Shown here in pieces: positions 1-9,846 of a stretch of DNA of 64,000 bases. Position 1 is the first letter of the stretch; each line of letters starts with the position of its first letter. The DNA lies in assembly GCA_963817165.1 (NCBI GenBank), contig CAWFNL010000002.1, positions 77,665 to 141,664 of the forward strand, in the 5' to 3' direction. Under the pieces are notes generated by a model. The model was not told the origin of the DNA. It saw nothing but the letters and a program-made list of their open reading frames with translations, and ran no database searches. The translations under genes and the position numbers were made by a program. This DNA is from an uncultured Acidobacteriaceae bacterium (GTDB taxonomy: Bacteria > Acidobacteriota > Terriglobia > Terriglobales > Acidobacteriaceae).

Positions 1-1
1 G

Positions 2-667
2 CTCCCCCTCCGGCCCGACCTCGTCATCGCGTCCGTGCCCTATCGCAAAGAATCGCTGGAGGCCATCCTCAAAGCTGGCTGCCCGGTCCTCGCGCTCGCT
101 CCGCATTCCCTCGCCGACATCGACCAGGACATCCGCCTCATCGCCGCCGTCGCCGGCGTCCCCGACCGCGCCGAGCCGCTCATCGCGGAAATGCGCTCCG
201 CCGTCGAAGAAATCTGCAGCCAAACCGCACCCCTCACGCCCAAACCCACGGTCTACTGCGAAGAGTGGGGCAAGCCCCTCATCCATTCGCAATTCTGGGT
301 CAAGGAATTAGTCGAGGCTGCCGGTGGCATCTTCCTCGGCCAGCCCGGCGCCGTCACCACGGCGGAAGCCATCGCCGCCGCCGATCCTGACGTGGTCATC
401 GCTGCCTGGTGCGGCGCCGGCGACCGCGTCCCGCTCCACAAACTCGCCGCCCGCCCTGGCTGGAAGAGCCTCTGCGCGATCCGCAACGGCCGCCTTTACT
501 GCATCGCCGACGAGCTCCTCAATACCCCTGCTCCCACGCTCATCGACGGCCTCCGCGCCCTCGCGGCGGTGCTGCATCCGCAAATTTTCGGCCCTGTTGC
601 TGATTTTCACGCAATGAAACAGCAGGGAAGCGGAATCAAACTCCCTTCCGCTGCGTCTAAACTATAG
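2..667 (+). CDS. ABC-importer periplasmic substrate-binding protein, BtuF/FhuD-like (cobalamin or Fe3+-siderophore class); N-terminus lies outside the window
   Basis: The frame is open from base 2 (LPLRPDLVIASVPYRKESLE...) and continues through the 35..667 ORF. The segments PDLVIAS, PDVVIAAWCG and NTPAPTLIDGL look like class-III binding proteins. Recognised by eye only. Confidence 0.65.
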   Translation, partial: LPLRPDLVIASVPYRKESLEAILKAGCPVLALAPHSLADIDQDIRLIAAVAGVPDRAEPLIAEMRSAVEEICSQTAPLTPKPTVYCEEWGKPLIHSQFWVKELVEAAGGIFLGQPGAVTTAEAIAAADPDVVIAAWCGAGDRVPLHKLAARPGWKSLCAIRNGRLYCIADELLNTPAPTLIDGLRALAAVLHPQIFGPVADFHAMKQQGSGIKLPSAASKL

Positions 668-673
668 GGGAAT

Positions 674-1105
674 ATGGAGGATACGCTTCAATCCGGCCGG
701 GAAGTGAAGTCGCTCCGCTTTGTTGCGGCGGCGCTCATCCTGCGTGGCGAAGAAGTCCTCATCTGCCAGCGCAAGGCCGGCTCGCCCATGGGCCTCAAAT
801 GGGAATTCCCCGGCGGCAAGATCGAAGCCGGCGAATCCGCTGAGCAGGCCCTCCGTCGCGAGCTGGACGAGGAACTCGGCATCCAGGCCGCCGTCGGCAC
901 CCGCGTTGCCCACGTCCGCCACAACTACCGCAGCGGCGGCGCCGTCGATCTCCAGTTCTTCGCCGTCCACAGCTTTGAGGGCGAGCTCACCAACCACATC
1001 TTTGAAGATGTCCGCTGGTCCCCGCTCAAAGATCTGCCCGCCTACGATTTCCTCGCCGCCGATCGCGACTTAGTCCGCGACCTCGCCGCCGGCAAGCTGC
1101 TCTAA
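674..1105 (+). CDS. mutT: NUDIX hydrolase, MutT-like (8-oxo-dGTP diphosphatase family)
   Basis: Complete NUDIX box GGKIEAGESAEQALRRELDEELGI (GX5EX7REUXEEXGU) in a 143-aa protein. Confidence 0.8.
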   Translation: MEDTLQSGREVKSLRFVAAALILRGEEVLICQRKAGSPMGLKWEFPGGKIEAGESAEQALRRELDEELGIQAAVGTRVAHVRHNYRSGGAVDLQFFAVHSFEGELTNHIFEDVRWSPLKDLPAYDFLAADRDLVRDLAAGKLL

Positions 1106-1121
1106 TCCGACCGAAAAGACG

Positions 1122-2546
1122 CTACCGCTCATACCCCCACTGATTCACCCAGTGAAAACCCCGCTCCAGCAGCGGATAATGCGCCATCACCGGCGTTCGC
1201 GTGAACGAGATCACCTGCGGCGTAAACGGCGGAGCCGGTTTCGACGGAGCCTTGTCCTTTGCCGCTTTAGGCGGCTCCGGAGCAATCGTCGTCAGCACCA
1301 CATGCTGCCCGTCCGGCATCTGCCACGCATACTTCACCGTGTCGCCGCCATAAGGATGCACCGCGATGGTGTGCGCCTTCGCATCGATGTGCAATCCTGT
1401 TCGCCACAGCTCGCCGTCCACCGAGCGCGTAAACGCCCGCTTCACCGTATCGACGTAGAGATCGCTGGCCGGCGCCCCATCCCCGGTGATAAACGCTCCA
1501 CTCGCCGGATGTGCCGCATCCAGATGCCACGCGCCCAGCAGCGGTGAAGGCGTCCGCATCGCAGCCACGTTTTGCTTCCATCCCATGCCAATGAAATACG
1601 GGACCAGGATCAGCAGTCCGAAGGTGAAAATAATCTCTACGGTGCGCAGAGTGATCCGGTACCAGCGCCGTTGTGCAGGCGGCATCCACACAGCCACGGG
1701 AGCCGACGCCTTGTGCAGCCAGAAGAAATCGAACAGCGCGCGCAAATCCGGCACCGCCAAAAACAGGCACGCCAGCAGCAGATTCGCCGCAAACAGCTTC
1801 ACTGGCACATCGAAAAACATGTTGTAGAGCAGCACGTTCGTCATCACGAACGATGAAATCAGCGCGCCCGCCAGCGCCGTCCGCCGGAACAGGATCAGCG
1901 CTCCGCCGATCGCTTCCGCCAGCCCGCACACAATCTCGTACGCCGGGTGCAGCCCGATCATGGCCCACAGCATGGTCATCGGCGACAGATTGCCCACCGG
2001 CTCATTCAGAATGCCGATGGAGGGCGGCGGCATCTGCAGCGGGAAGATCTTCGCAAAGCCGTACTGCAGCATAAAATATCCGCACGTCAGCCGCAGCAGA
2101 AAGCGCAGCCACGCGTACATCGTCGCGTACTCTTTGCGCCTGTTGCCGCGCAGCGCCGCTGCCAGCGTCCAAACCAGGCCCCCACCCAGCGTCACCACAA
2201 CGAACAGGCCGTTCAGAATCCAGTTCATCGTCGCGTCGCCCGAGCCGGTCGGCTGCCAGTGCGCCGCCTTCCCGGTCAGGTGGAATACATGCTGCGCCGC
2301 CCACTCCGTCGCGTGGAGGGGCGCCCACATCAGCCCGTTGTAGACCCAGTCGCCCACCACCGGAAAGATGTTGAAGATCGTGCCGTTCCCAAAGAACGCC
2401 AGGAAGCACACGAAGTACAGGAAGGCGATGCGGAACCCGATCCGCCCCAAAGGCGTCCAGGCCTGCGGTGTTGCGACCGGTGGCGCGGTCGGCTGCTCGG
2501 CAGCAGCGACGTTGGTGGAATCAGTCAGTACTTCCTGGGTCGCCAT
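1122..2546 (-). CDS. Multi-pass membrane protein (DoxX-like N-terminal region), function unknown
   Basis: Long minus-strand ORF with several hydrophobic helices (FRIAFLYFVCFLAFFG, LFVVVTLGGGLVWTLAAAL, GGALILFRRTALAGALISSF). Start placed at the internal ATG (MATQEVL); the upstream 24 codons are optional. Confidence 0.55.
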   Translation of the reverse strand: MATQEVLTDSTNVAAAEQPTAPPVATPQAWTPLGRIGFRIAFLYFVCFLAFFGNGTIFNIFPVVGDWVYNGLMWAPLHATEWAAQHVFHLTGKAAHWQPTGSGDATMNWILNGLFVVVTLGGGLVWTLAAALRGNRRKEYATMYAWLRFLLRLTCGYFMLQYGFAKIFPLQMPPPSIGILNEPVGNLSPMTMLWAMIGLHPAYEIVCGLAEAIGGALILFRRTALAGALISSFVMTNVLLYNMFFDVPVKLFAANLLLACLFLAVPDLRALFDFFWLHKASAPVAVWMPPAQRRWYRITLRTVEIIFTFGLLILVPYFIGMGWKQNVAAMRTPSPLLGAWHLDAAHPASGAFITGDGAPASDLYVDTVKRAFTRSVDGELWRTGLHIDAKAHTIAVHPYGGDTVKYAWQMPDGQHVVLTTIAPEPPKAAKDKAPSKPAPPFTPQVISFTRTPVMAHYPLLERGFHWVNQWGYER

Positions 2547-2674
2547 GCAGTTCTCGCTTGTGGAAAGGGTTCGAGAAGATTTCTTATTTTGGAGCAGATG
2601 CCATTCCCGGTCAAACACCCAGCGCCAAATCTCTTAGCGTACGGACGCGAGCCGCATCGATTCCACTCCTCGAT

Positions 2675-3931
2675 CTAGTTGTGCCCGGGCCACCACTGCT
2701 GCACCATCAGAATCACCGACAGAATGCTGACCACAATCGCCGTGAGCCACGCAATCGCGTTGAACCATTGGCGATTCGTGTGTTCGCCCATCAGATCCTT
2801 GCGGTTAATCAGCAACAGCATCAGCACAATCACCACCGGCAGCAGAATGCCGTTGAACGCCTGCGATTCCAGATACCACTTAACCAGCTGCGCGTTCGGA
2901 ATCAACAGCACCGCCGCCGCTCCGCCCACAATCAGCAGCGTGTAGAGGAAGTAGAAAAACGGAGCCTCGCGAAAGCGCTTGTCCACCCCTGACTCCACGC
3001 CCAGCCCCTCGCACACCACATACGCCGTCGACAGCGGCAGCACGGAAGCCGCGAAGAATCCCGCGTTGAACAATCCAAACGCGAACAGGACGAACGCATA
3101 CTGTCCCGCCAGCGGCTTCATCGCTTCCGCTGCGGACGAAGCGTCCGCGATGTTGGTAATACCGTGCGTCCACAGCGTAGCCGCGCATGCCACGATGATG
3201 AACCATGCCACCACATCGGTGAATATCGATCCCACAATCACGTCGATCCGCGACCCGGCATACGTCTTCGCCGTCACGCCCTTCTCCACAATCGACGACT
3301 GCAGATAGAACTGCATCCACGGCGCAATGGTGGTGCCGATCACCGCCACCACCATAAAGATGTAGTCCTTGTTGTGCAGCACCGATGCCGGCGGCAGCTT
3401 GATGGTCGCCGCCCATGCCGTATGCCATCCCGGATGCGCCAGCACCCCCGCAATGATGTAGGTGAAGTAGAAGAACGAGGCGACCAGGAAAATCTTCTCC
3501 ACGCTCTTGTAATCGCCGCGCACCGCCAGCAGCCAAACCAGCGCGCTGCAAATGGGAACAGAAATGAATTTCGATACGTGGAACAGCTGCAAACTGCCTG
3601 CGATCCCGTTGAATTCCCCGATCACGTTGCCGAAATTCACCAGCACCAGCAGCGCCATGATGATGACCGTCAGCCGCAGCCCAAATTCCTCGCGGATCAG
3701 GTCGCTCAGCCCCTTGCCGGTCACCGCGCCCATGCGCGCGCACATCTCCTGCACCACAATCAGCGCCAGCGTCACCGGAATCATCGTCCACAGCAGCGTG
3801 TAGCCGAACTGCGCCCCCGCCTGCGAATACGTGATGATGCCGTTGGGATCGTTATCGACGTTGGCCGTGATGAAGCCCGGTCCCAGCACCGCCAGGATCA
3901 CAAAAATCCGGGTTTTCCAGCTCTTCAGCAT
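2675..3931 (-). CDS. NRAMP/SLC11-family cation transporter with non-canonical metal-site motifs (NRMT-like rather than classical MntH)
   Basis: 418 aa with the typical Nramp N-terminus (GPGFITANVDNDPNGIITYSQAGAQFGYTLLW) and TM6 region (IGTTIAPWMQFYLQSS). The canonical DPGN and MPH motifs read DPNG and APW here. Confidence 0.85.
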   Translation of the reverse strand: MLKSWKTRIFVILAVLGPGFITANVDNDPNGIITYSQAGAQFGYTLLWTMIPVTLALIVVQEMCARMGAVTGKGLSDLIREEFGLRLTVIIMALLVLVNFGNVIGEFNGIAGSLQLFHVSKFISVPICSALVWLLAVRGDYKSVEKIFLVASFFYFTYIIAGVLAHPGWHTAWAATIKLPPASVLHNKDYIFMVVAVIGTTIAPWMQFYLQSSIVEKGVTAKTYAGSRIDVIVGSIFTDVVAWFIIVACAATLWTHGITNIADASSAAEAMKPLAGQYAFVLFAFGLFNAGFFAASVLPLSTAYVVCEGLGVESGVDKRFREAPFFYFLYTLLIVGGAAAVLLIPNAQLVKWYLESQAFNGILLPVVIVLMLLLINRKDLMGEHTNRQWFNAIAWLTAIVVSILSVILMVQQWWPGHN

Positions 3932-4104
3932 GACGGCGCAATTCCACTTCGCGGGTTGCCGAGCCCGCCGGCCCGGAGATTGGAGGAGAAAGTGAAACCC
4001 CAGTGTAGGCGACGAACCCTCGTTTCGTCCCCTTGCCGCGCCGCATCTCTTTCCCCTGGCCGCAAACGCGCCTTCTCAAACCTTTCTGTAGACTGAAAAT
4101 CAGC

Positions 4105-6342
4105 ATGATGCCAGGCCGTTTCCTCCGATTTCTGCCGCCTGCAAGCCTTCTGGCGCTGCCTCTCTTCGCAGCCTGCCTCGCCTTTTCTCCCGTCGCGTAC
4201 GCCCAGGGTACCCGCCTGTGGACCGAGTCGCACTTCGAAGACTTTGAGCGCGGCACACCCAATGGCGTGGCCATTACCAGCGACGGCCATCTCGTTCCTG
4301 GCCCCGCCAGCACCGCCGTTCTCACTACGCCCTCCACCTATGTGTGGGCCGTGGCCGCGGATCGCGACGGCATCGCGTACCTCGCCACCGGTACGCCCGC
4401 GACGGTCTTGCGCATCGGCGCCGATGGCAAATCGACAACGCTCTTCACCAGTCACGACATGAGCGTGCAAACCCTGCGCGTCGGCCCCGATGGCTCCGTC
4501 TACGCCGCCACGCTGCCTTCCGGCAAGGTCTACAAACTCGATCCGCACGCGGAAAATAAAACCGACGAAACCGCCGCCGTCGTCTTCGATCCCGCCACCA
4601 CGACCGAAAAGCCGAAGTACGTTTGGGATCTCGCCTTCGACGCGCACGGCCAGCTCTACATCGCTACCGGCGCGCCCGCGGCCATCTATCGCGTCGCCAA
4701 CGGCGGCAAGCCCACGCTGTTTTACAAGAGCGACGAAGAGCACATCCGCTCCCTGGCCTTCGATAAATCCGGCAACCTCATCGCGGGCTCCGACGGCACC
4801 GGCCTCATCTATCGCATCGATCCCACCGGCAAGGCCTGGGTGCTCTACGATTCGCCGAAAAAGGAAATCACCTCGGTCATCGTCGCACCCGACGGCAACA
4901 TCTACGCCGCCGGCGTCGGCGAAAAGGGAAGAAACAATCTCCCCCCGCTCACCGTTACGGGGCAGGCCCAGGTCACTGCGACCATCACCATCGTCACGCC
5001 CGGTTCCGTCCAGGCCTTCAGCGGCAACACCCTCATCCCCGACGGCTCAGAACTCTACGAAATCCCCCACGGCGACGGGCCGCCGCAAAAAATCTGGTCC
5101 GGCCATGACGAAATCGTCTACGCCCTCGCCTGGACGCCCGACGGCATCCTCGCCGCTACTGGCAATCGCGGTCGCATCTTCCGCATCCACGACGACGGCA
5201 CCTACGCCGACGTTGCCCACCTTGACGCCTCCCAGGTCACCGGCTTTGCCGACGCACCCAAAGGAATCTACGTCAGCACCGCCAACTCCGGCAAATTGTT
5301 TTTGCTCAGCCACGGCGAAGCCCCCGATGGCACCTACACCAGCGAAGTCTTCGACGCCGGAGCCTTCGCGCAGTGGGGACGCGCCGAAGTGGAGACCGCC
5401 TCGCAAGCCAGCGGATTCCAGATGTTCGCCCGCGCCGGCAATATTGAAAACCCCGAGCGCGCCTGGGGCGAATGGAAACCGTTCACCGCCAACTCCGGAC
5501 CCGTCGGCATCGAATCCTCCCGCTTCATGCAGTGGAAGATCGTCGAGCATCCCGGCAGCTCCGTCGGCGAAGTCGCCGTCAACTACCTGCCCGTGAACAT
5601 GCCGCCCATTGTGGACGAAATCGTGGTCGCGCCGGGCGCCCGCGCCGTCAACCAGCCGCCGCAGCCCGGCCAGCCCACGCAGATCACCATCAATTTCCCC
5701 TCGCAGCAAAATAACGGCATCAGCTTCGTCCAGCCCGAGGCCGGCAAAGAGCCGCTGTCCGCCATCAAGGAACGCACCGCCGTCACCGTTCGCTGGTCCG
5801 CGCACGACGACAACGGCGACGACCTCGTCTTCTCTCTCTTCTATCGCGGCGAAGGCGAGCACAACTGGCAGCTGCTCAAAGATCACGTCCGCGACCGCTT
5901 CTATTCGTTTGACTCCTCGCTGCTGCCCGACGGCCATTACCGCGTAAAAGTCGTCGCCAGCGATGCCCCCTCGCACAATCCCGGCGAGGCCCTCACCGGC
6001 GACCGCGTCAGCGACGACTTCCTCATTGACACCACACCGCCCGTCGTCAACGGCATTGAAGCTCATCTCGTGAACGGCAAGATTCACGCCTCGTTCACCG
6101 CAACGGACGCCATCTCGCCCGTCGCGCGCGCCGAATACTCCATCGACGCCGGACGCTGGCAATACGTCGAGCCGGCCGGCAAAATCGCTGATTCCCTCAC
6201 CGAGCATTTTGATTTCGACGCGCCCCTCCCCGCCCCGCGTCCCGGCGCTGAGGCTCCGGTCGATCCGCACGAACACGTCATCGCGCTCCGCGTCTTCGAT
6301 CGCAATGACAACACCGTCACCGTGAAGGCAGTGGTTCGCTAA
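4105..6342 (+). CDS. Secreted beta-propeller-repeat protein with a C-terminal Ig/Y_Y_Y-like domain, function unknown
   Basis: Signal-peptide-like N-terminus (MMPGRFLRFLPPASLLALPLFAACLAFSPVAYAQG). Repeated G-x-IY/VY-x-A-T/G blades (DGSVYAATLPSGKVYKLD, GQLYIATGAPAAIYRV, GNLIAGSDGTGLIYRID, GNIYAAGVGE). C-terminal block DGHYRVKVVASD...IDTTPPVV. Confidence 0.6.
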   Translation: MMPGRFLRFLPPASLLALPLFAACLAFSPVAYAQGTRLWTESHFEDFERGTPNGVAITSDGHLVPGPASTAVLTTPSTYVWAVAADRDGIAYLATGTPATVLRIGADGKSTTLFTSHDMSVQTLRVGPDGSVYAATLPSGKVYKLDPHAENKTDETAAVVFDPATTTEKPKYVWDLAFDAHGQLYIATGAPAAIYRVANGGKPTLFYKSDEEHIRSLAFDKSGNLIAGSDGTGLIYRIDPTGKAWVLYDSPKKEITSVIVAPDGNIYAAGVGEKGRNNLPPLTVTGQAQVTATITIVTPGSVQAFSGNTLIPDGSELYEIPHGDGPPQKIWSGHDEIVYALAWTPDGILAATGNRGRIFRIHDDGTYADVAHLDASQVTGFADAPKGIYVSTANSGKLFLLSHGEAPDGTYTSEVFDAGAFAQWGRAEVETASQASGFQMFARAGNIENPERAWGEWKPFTANSGPVGIESSRFMQWKIVEHPGSSVGEVAVNYLPVNMPPIVDEIVVAPGARAVNQPPQPGQPTQITINFPSQQNNGISFVQPEAGKEPLSAIKERTAVTVRWSAHDDNGDDLVFSLFYRGEGEHNWQLLKDHVRDRFYSFDSSLLPDGHYRVKVVASDAPSHNPGEALTGDRVSDDFLIDTTPPVVNGIEAHLVNGKIHASFTATDAISPVARAEYSIDAGRWQYVEPAGKIADSLTEHFDFDAPLPAPRPGAEAPVDPHEHVIALRVFDRNDNTVTVKAVVR

Positions 6343-6347
6343 GCGCC

Positions 6348-7598
6348 ATGCGCTTTGAGCTTTTCATCGCCGCGCGTTATTTGCGGGCCAAACGCCGCCA
6401 GGCCGTCATCGGCATCATTACCTGGATCTCCATCGCCGGCGTTGCGGTCGGCGTCGCCTCGCTCATCCTCGCCCTCGCCATCACCAACGGCACCCGCCGC
6501 GATCTGCAGGATCGCCTCCTCAGCTCCACCGCCCACGTCGACCTCATGCGCAGCATGAGCGACGGCATGCGCGACTGGCGTCCTCTGCTGGCGCGCCTTG
6601 AGAAATTGCCCCACGTCGTAGCCGCCGCTCCTGGACTCTACGAGCCCGTCCTCATCTCCCGCGGCGCGCGTGCCGGCGGCGCCGTGCTCAAAGGCATCAT
6701 CCCCGCGGACGAACGCAAAGTCTCCGACATGCTCGCCCATGTCACTGCCGGCTCGGCCGCGCCCCTCAGCGCCACGGCCAATTTGCAGAGCGACACCGGC
6801 GAGCCAACGCCGCCCATCGTGATTGGCAGCGATCTGGCTGACTCCATCGGCGCCAAGGTGGGCGACACCGTCATGGTCACCAGCCCCCAGGCCGACCTCA
6901 CTCCCTACGGCCTCATTCCCAAATATCAGCGCTTCCAGATTGCCGGCATCTTCCACTCGGGCTTCTATCAGTACGACTCCAGCTTCGGCTTCGTCCGCCT
7001 CGCCGACGCCCAGGCCCTCTTCGGCGAGCCCGATGTCATCTCCATCATTTCCTTCCGCGTCGACGACCTTTACCGCGCCAACGTCATCGGCGACCAAATC
7101 GAAAAAGCTGCCGGACCCGGCTACTCCACCACCAACTGGATGGAGCAGAATCGCGAGCTCTTCCGCGCCCTCAAAGAGGAACAGGTCGTCACCTTCATCG
7201 TTATCGGCCTCATTGTCTGCGTCGCCGCTCTCAACATCCTCATCGCCCTCACCATGATGGTGATGGAGAAGACCAAAGACATCGCCGTCCTCATGTCCAT
7301 GGGCGTTCAGCCCGGCCAAATCCGCCGTATCTTCCTGCTGGAAGGCCTGCTCATCAGCGTCATCGGCACCGCCATCGGGCTGGTGCTCGGCTATACCCTC
7401 GCCTGGCTGGGAAGCCATTATCGCTTCATCCATTTATCTGCCGATGTTTATTCCCTGGACTATCTCCCGTTCGCGCCGCGCATCCTACATGGCGTGATCG
7501 TGACAGCCCTGTCACTCGGCGTCTCGCTGCTGGCCACACTGTATCCGTCCAGCTCCGCGGCCCGCGTGTTGCCCGCCGAAGCCCTCCGCTACGAATGA
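6348..7598 (+). CDS. LolC/LolE-family (FtsX-type) ABC transporter permease
   Basis: N-terminus MRFELFIAARYLRAKRRQAVIGIITWISIAGVAVGVASLILALAITNG is the characteristic LolC/E start. Large periplasmic loop followed by a C-terminal FtsX 3-TM block. Confidence 0.85.
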   Translation: MRFELFIAARYLRAKRRQAVIGIITWISIAGVAVGVASLILALAITNGTRRDLQDRLLSSTAHVDLMRSMSDGMRDWRPLLARLEKLPHVVAAAPGLYEPVLISRGARAGGAVLKGIIPADERKVSDMLAHVTAGSAAPLSATANLQSDTGEPTPPIVIGSDLADSIGAKVGDTVMVTSPQADLTPYGLIPKYQRFQIAGIFHSGFYQYDSSFGFVRLADAQALFGEPDVISIISFRVDDLYRANVIGDQIEKAAGPGYSTTNWMEQNRELFRALKEEQVVTFIVIGLIVCVAALNILIALTMMVMEKTKDIAVLMSMGVQPGQIRRIFLLEGLLISVIGTAIGLVLGYTLAWLGSHYRFIHLSADVYSLDYLPFAPRILHGVIVTALSLGVSLLATLYPSSSAARVLPAEALRYE

Positions 7599-7650
7599 GC
7601 GCGGGCATTTGCGGCAGACCCTGCACGATCCGAAAGGATTTCCGCACGCA

Positions 7651-8925
7651 ATGGTAAGGAAAGTTTTCGCCGTCATTCTCTGCTGCTGGCTCGCCGCCCC
7701 CTTCTGCTCCGGCTACTCCTTCCTCACGCACGAAACCATCATCGATATCGCGTGGGATGCCTCCATCAAGCCCCTGCTGCTCGCCCGCTATCCCAACGCC
7801 ACGCCCATCGAACTGCGCAACGCCCGCGCCTACGCCTACGGCGGATCCACCATCCAGGACGCCGGCTACTATCCGTTCGGGAAGCCGCTCTTCAGCGATC
7901 TCACCCACTATGTACGCAGCGGCGACTTCGTCACCAATCTCATCCACGAGTCGCGCAATATCAACGAACTCGCCTTCGCCCTCGGCGCTCTCTCGCACTA
8001 TGTTGGCGACACCGTCGGCCATCGCTACGCCGTCAATATCTCCGTCCCTCAGGAGTTTCAAAACCTTAAAGATAAATACGGCCCGGTCGTCACCTACGAA
8101 GAAGATCCCTACGCGCACATCCGCACCGAGTTCGCCTTTGACGTCGACCAGCTCGGCCACGGCCGCTTCGCCCCATCGGGCTATTTCCGCCACGTCGGCT
8201 TCAAAGTCCCCATCCCGCTCGTCGAACGCGCCTTCTACGACACCTACGGTCTGAGCCTCCACTCCATCATCGGCGACGAGCATGCCTCTTTCCGCATCTA
8301 CCGGTTTTCGGTGCGCACCCTGCTGCCCCGCGTCGGCTACGCCGAGGTCCTGCTCCATCGCAAACAGTTTCCCCCCGACGAAGACAACGCGGACTTCCAG
8401 GAATATGCCGCTCGCCTGAAAGCCACCGACGCCGCCGCTCACTGGGAAAAATATCGCAAACATAAGCCCAGTTTTCTCACCCGCGTCTTCGCAGTCGCCA
8501 TCTTCATCACGCCCAAAATTGGGCCGCTCAGCGATCTCGCCATCCGCGGACCCATGCCCGATACCGAACAGGACTACGTCAGCAGCGTGAACCGCGCCAC
8601 CGCTGAATACGCCCAACTTCTCTCCCAGCTACAGAACATCGGCAAGAACAACTTTGAAGTTCCCGACCTCGACCTCGACACCGGCTACGCCACCAAGCCG
8701 GGAACCTATCGCCTCACCGACCAGACCTACGCCCAACTCATCGTGAAGGTCATCTCGAAGAATGCGAAGCCTCCCGCCGGCCTGCGCCAAAACATCATCG
8801 CCTTCTACGCCGATCCCAGTGCCCCCATCGCCACCAAACGCAAGCCGCGGCAGTGGAAGAAAGTGCAGGATGCGCTCGCCGTCCTCCGCCAGACTCCGGC
8901 CCAGCACATCCCGAACGCAAAGTAA
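7651..8925 (+). CDS. Zinc-dependent phospholipase C-like family protein (secreted)
   Basis: Signal-like start MVRKVFAVILCCWLAAPFCSG, then the H-rich motifs FLTHETIIDIAWD and LSHYVGDTVGH typical of the Zn_dep_PLPC fold. Start chosen at the internal ATG of the 7609 ORF. Confidence 0.55.
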   Translation: MVRKVFAVILCCWLAAPFCSGYSFLTHETIIDIAWDASIKPLLLARYPNATPIELRNARAYAYGGSTIQDAGYYPFGKPLFSDLTHYVRSGDFVTNLIHESRNINELAFALGALSHYVGDTVGHRYAVNISVPQEFQNLKDKYGPVVTYEEDPYAHIRTEFAFDVDQLGHGRFAPSGYFRHVGFKVPIPLVERAFYDTYGLSLHSIIGDEHASFRIYRFSVRTLLPRVGYAEVLLHRKQFPPDEDNADFQEYAARLKATDAAAHWEKYRKHKPSFLTRVFAVAIFITPKIGPLSDLAIRGPMPDTEQDYVSSVNRATAEYAQLLSQLQNIGKNNFEVPDLDLDTGYATKPGTYRLTDQTYAQLIVKVISKNAKPPAGLRQNIIAFYADPSAPIATKRKPRQWKKVQDALAVLRQTPAQHIPNAK

Positions 8926-8985
8926 CCCGCCGCGTCCGTCCGTCTTGCGCAAAGTCCCGCCTCGCAGCGTGTATTCTGCCTTTGC

Positions 8986-9816
8986 ATGCAACGCATTGTT
9001 ACCGCCGTCGTTCTCGTTCCCATCGTCATCCTGCTCATCTTCTTTTCGCCCACCCAGCCGCTGCCCATGATGGGCGCCATCTTCGTCGTTGCTGTCCTCG
9101 CCATCTGGGAATATCTCGGCCTCGCCGATGCCATGGGCGCCAAAACTCCCCGCATGGTCGTCATCGTCGCCCTCGCCCTGCTGCTGGCCACCGTCTTTCG
9201 CCGCTCCGATCTGCTGGAGCCCATCCTCGGCATCCTCTCCTTCGCGCTCTTCCTGGTCTGCGCCTTCCGCTCGCCGGTCACCCGCGTCCTGCCGGACACC
9301 GCCTACTCCATCTTCGGGCTCATCTACATCGGCCTGCCCATGGGCATGCTCTACCTGCTCAGCACCCGCGACAACGGCCCCTCGCTGCTGCTCTTCCTCT
9401 TCTGCGCCGTCTGGTGCGGTGACGTCGCCGCTCTCTATATCGGACGCGCCTTTGGCCGCCGCAAGCTCGCTCCCAAACTCAGTCCCAACAAAACCTGGGA
9501 GGGCAGCGTCGCCTCCGTCGCCGGCAGCATCCTCGTCACTTTGCTTCTGGTCTGGGTCGGCGGCCTGCTCGTCGCCCGCAACATCGAAGCCCTTTCCTAC
9601 CCCGGCCCCATCCTCCACTGGATCACTCTCGCCATCCTCGTCAACATCGGCGCGCAACTCGGCGATCTGGTCGAATCCGCCATCAAACGCGGCGCCGGCG
9701 TCAAAGATTCCGGACACCTGCTTCCCGGCCACGGCGGCATGCTCGATCGCATCGACGCCCTCCTGCTCGCCGCTCCACTGCTGTGGTACGCTCAGTTAGC
9801 GCAGCAGACCTTTTAG
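8986..9816 (+). CDS. cdsA: Phosphatidate cytidylyltransferase
   Basis: CTP-transferase signature SPNKTWEGSVASVAGS ... KDSGHLLPGHGGMLDRIDALL. Sits in the conserved cdsA-dxr-rseP order. Confidence 0.9.
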   Translation: MQRIVTAVVLVPIVILLIFFSPTQPLPMMGAIFVVAVLAIWEYLGLADAMGAKTPRMVVIVALALLLATVFRRSDLLEPILGILSFALFLVCAFRSPVTRVLPDTAYSIFGLIYIGLPMGMLYLLSTRDNGPSLLLFLFCAVWCGDVAALYIGRAFGRRKLAPKLSPNKTWEGSVASVAGSILVTLLLVWVGGLLVARNIEALSYPGPILHWITLAILVNIGAQLGDLVESAIKRGAGVKDSGHLLPGHGGMLDRIDALLLAAPLLWYAQLAQQTF

Positions 9817-9846
9817 ATTCCGTCTGCTCCTGAAGACCGTCCAGCC

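Noticed and set aside
3932-4104. Possible Mn2+ (yybP-ykoY) riboswitch or MntR/Fur box upstream of the NRAMP gene
   Set aside because: Reading the minus strand, I found only a 6-bp hairpin (GACGAA...TTCGTC). The conserved riboswitch core and AT-rich palindromic boxes are absent, so there is not enough evidence.
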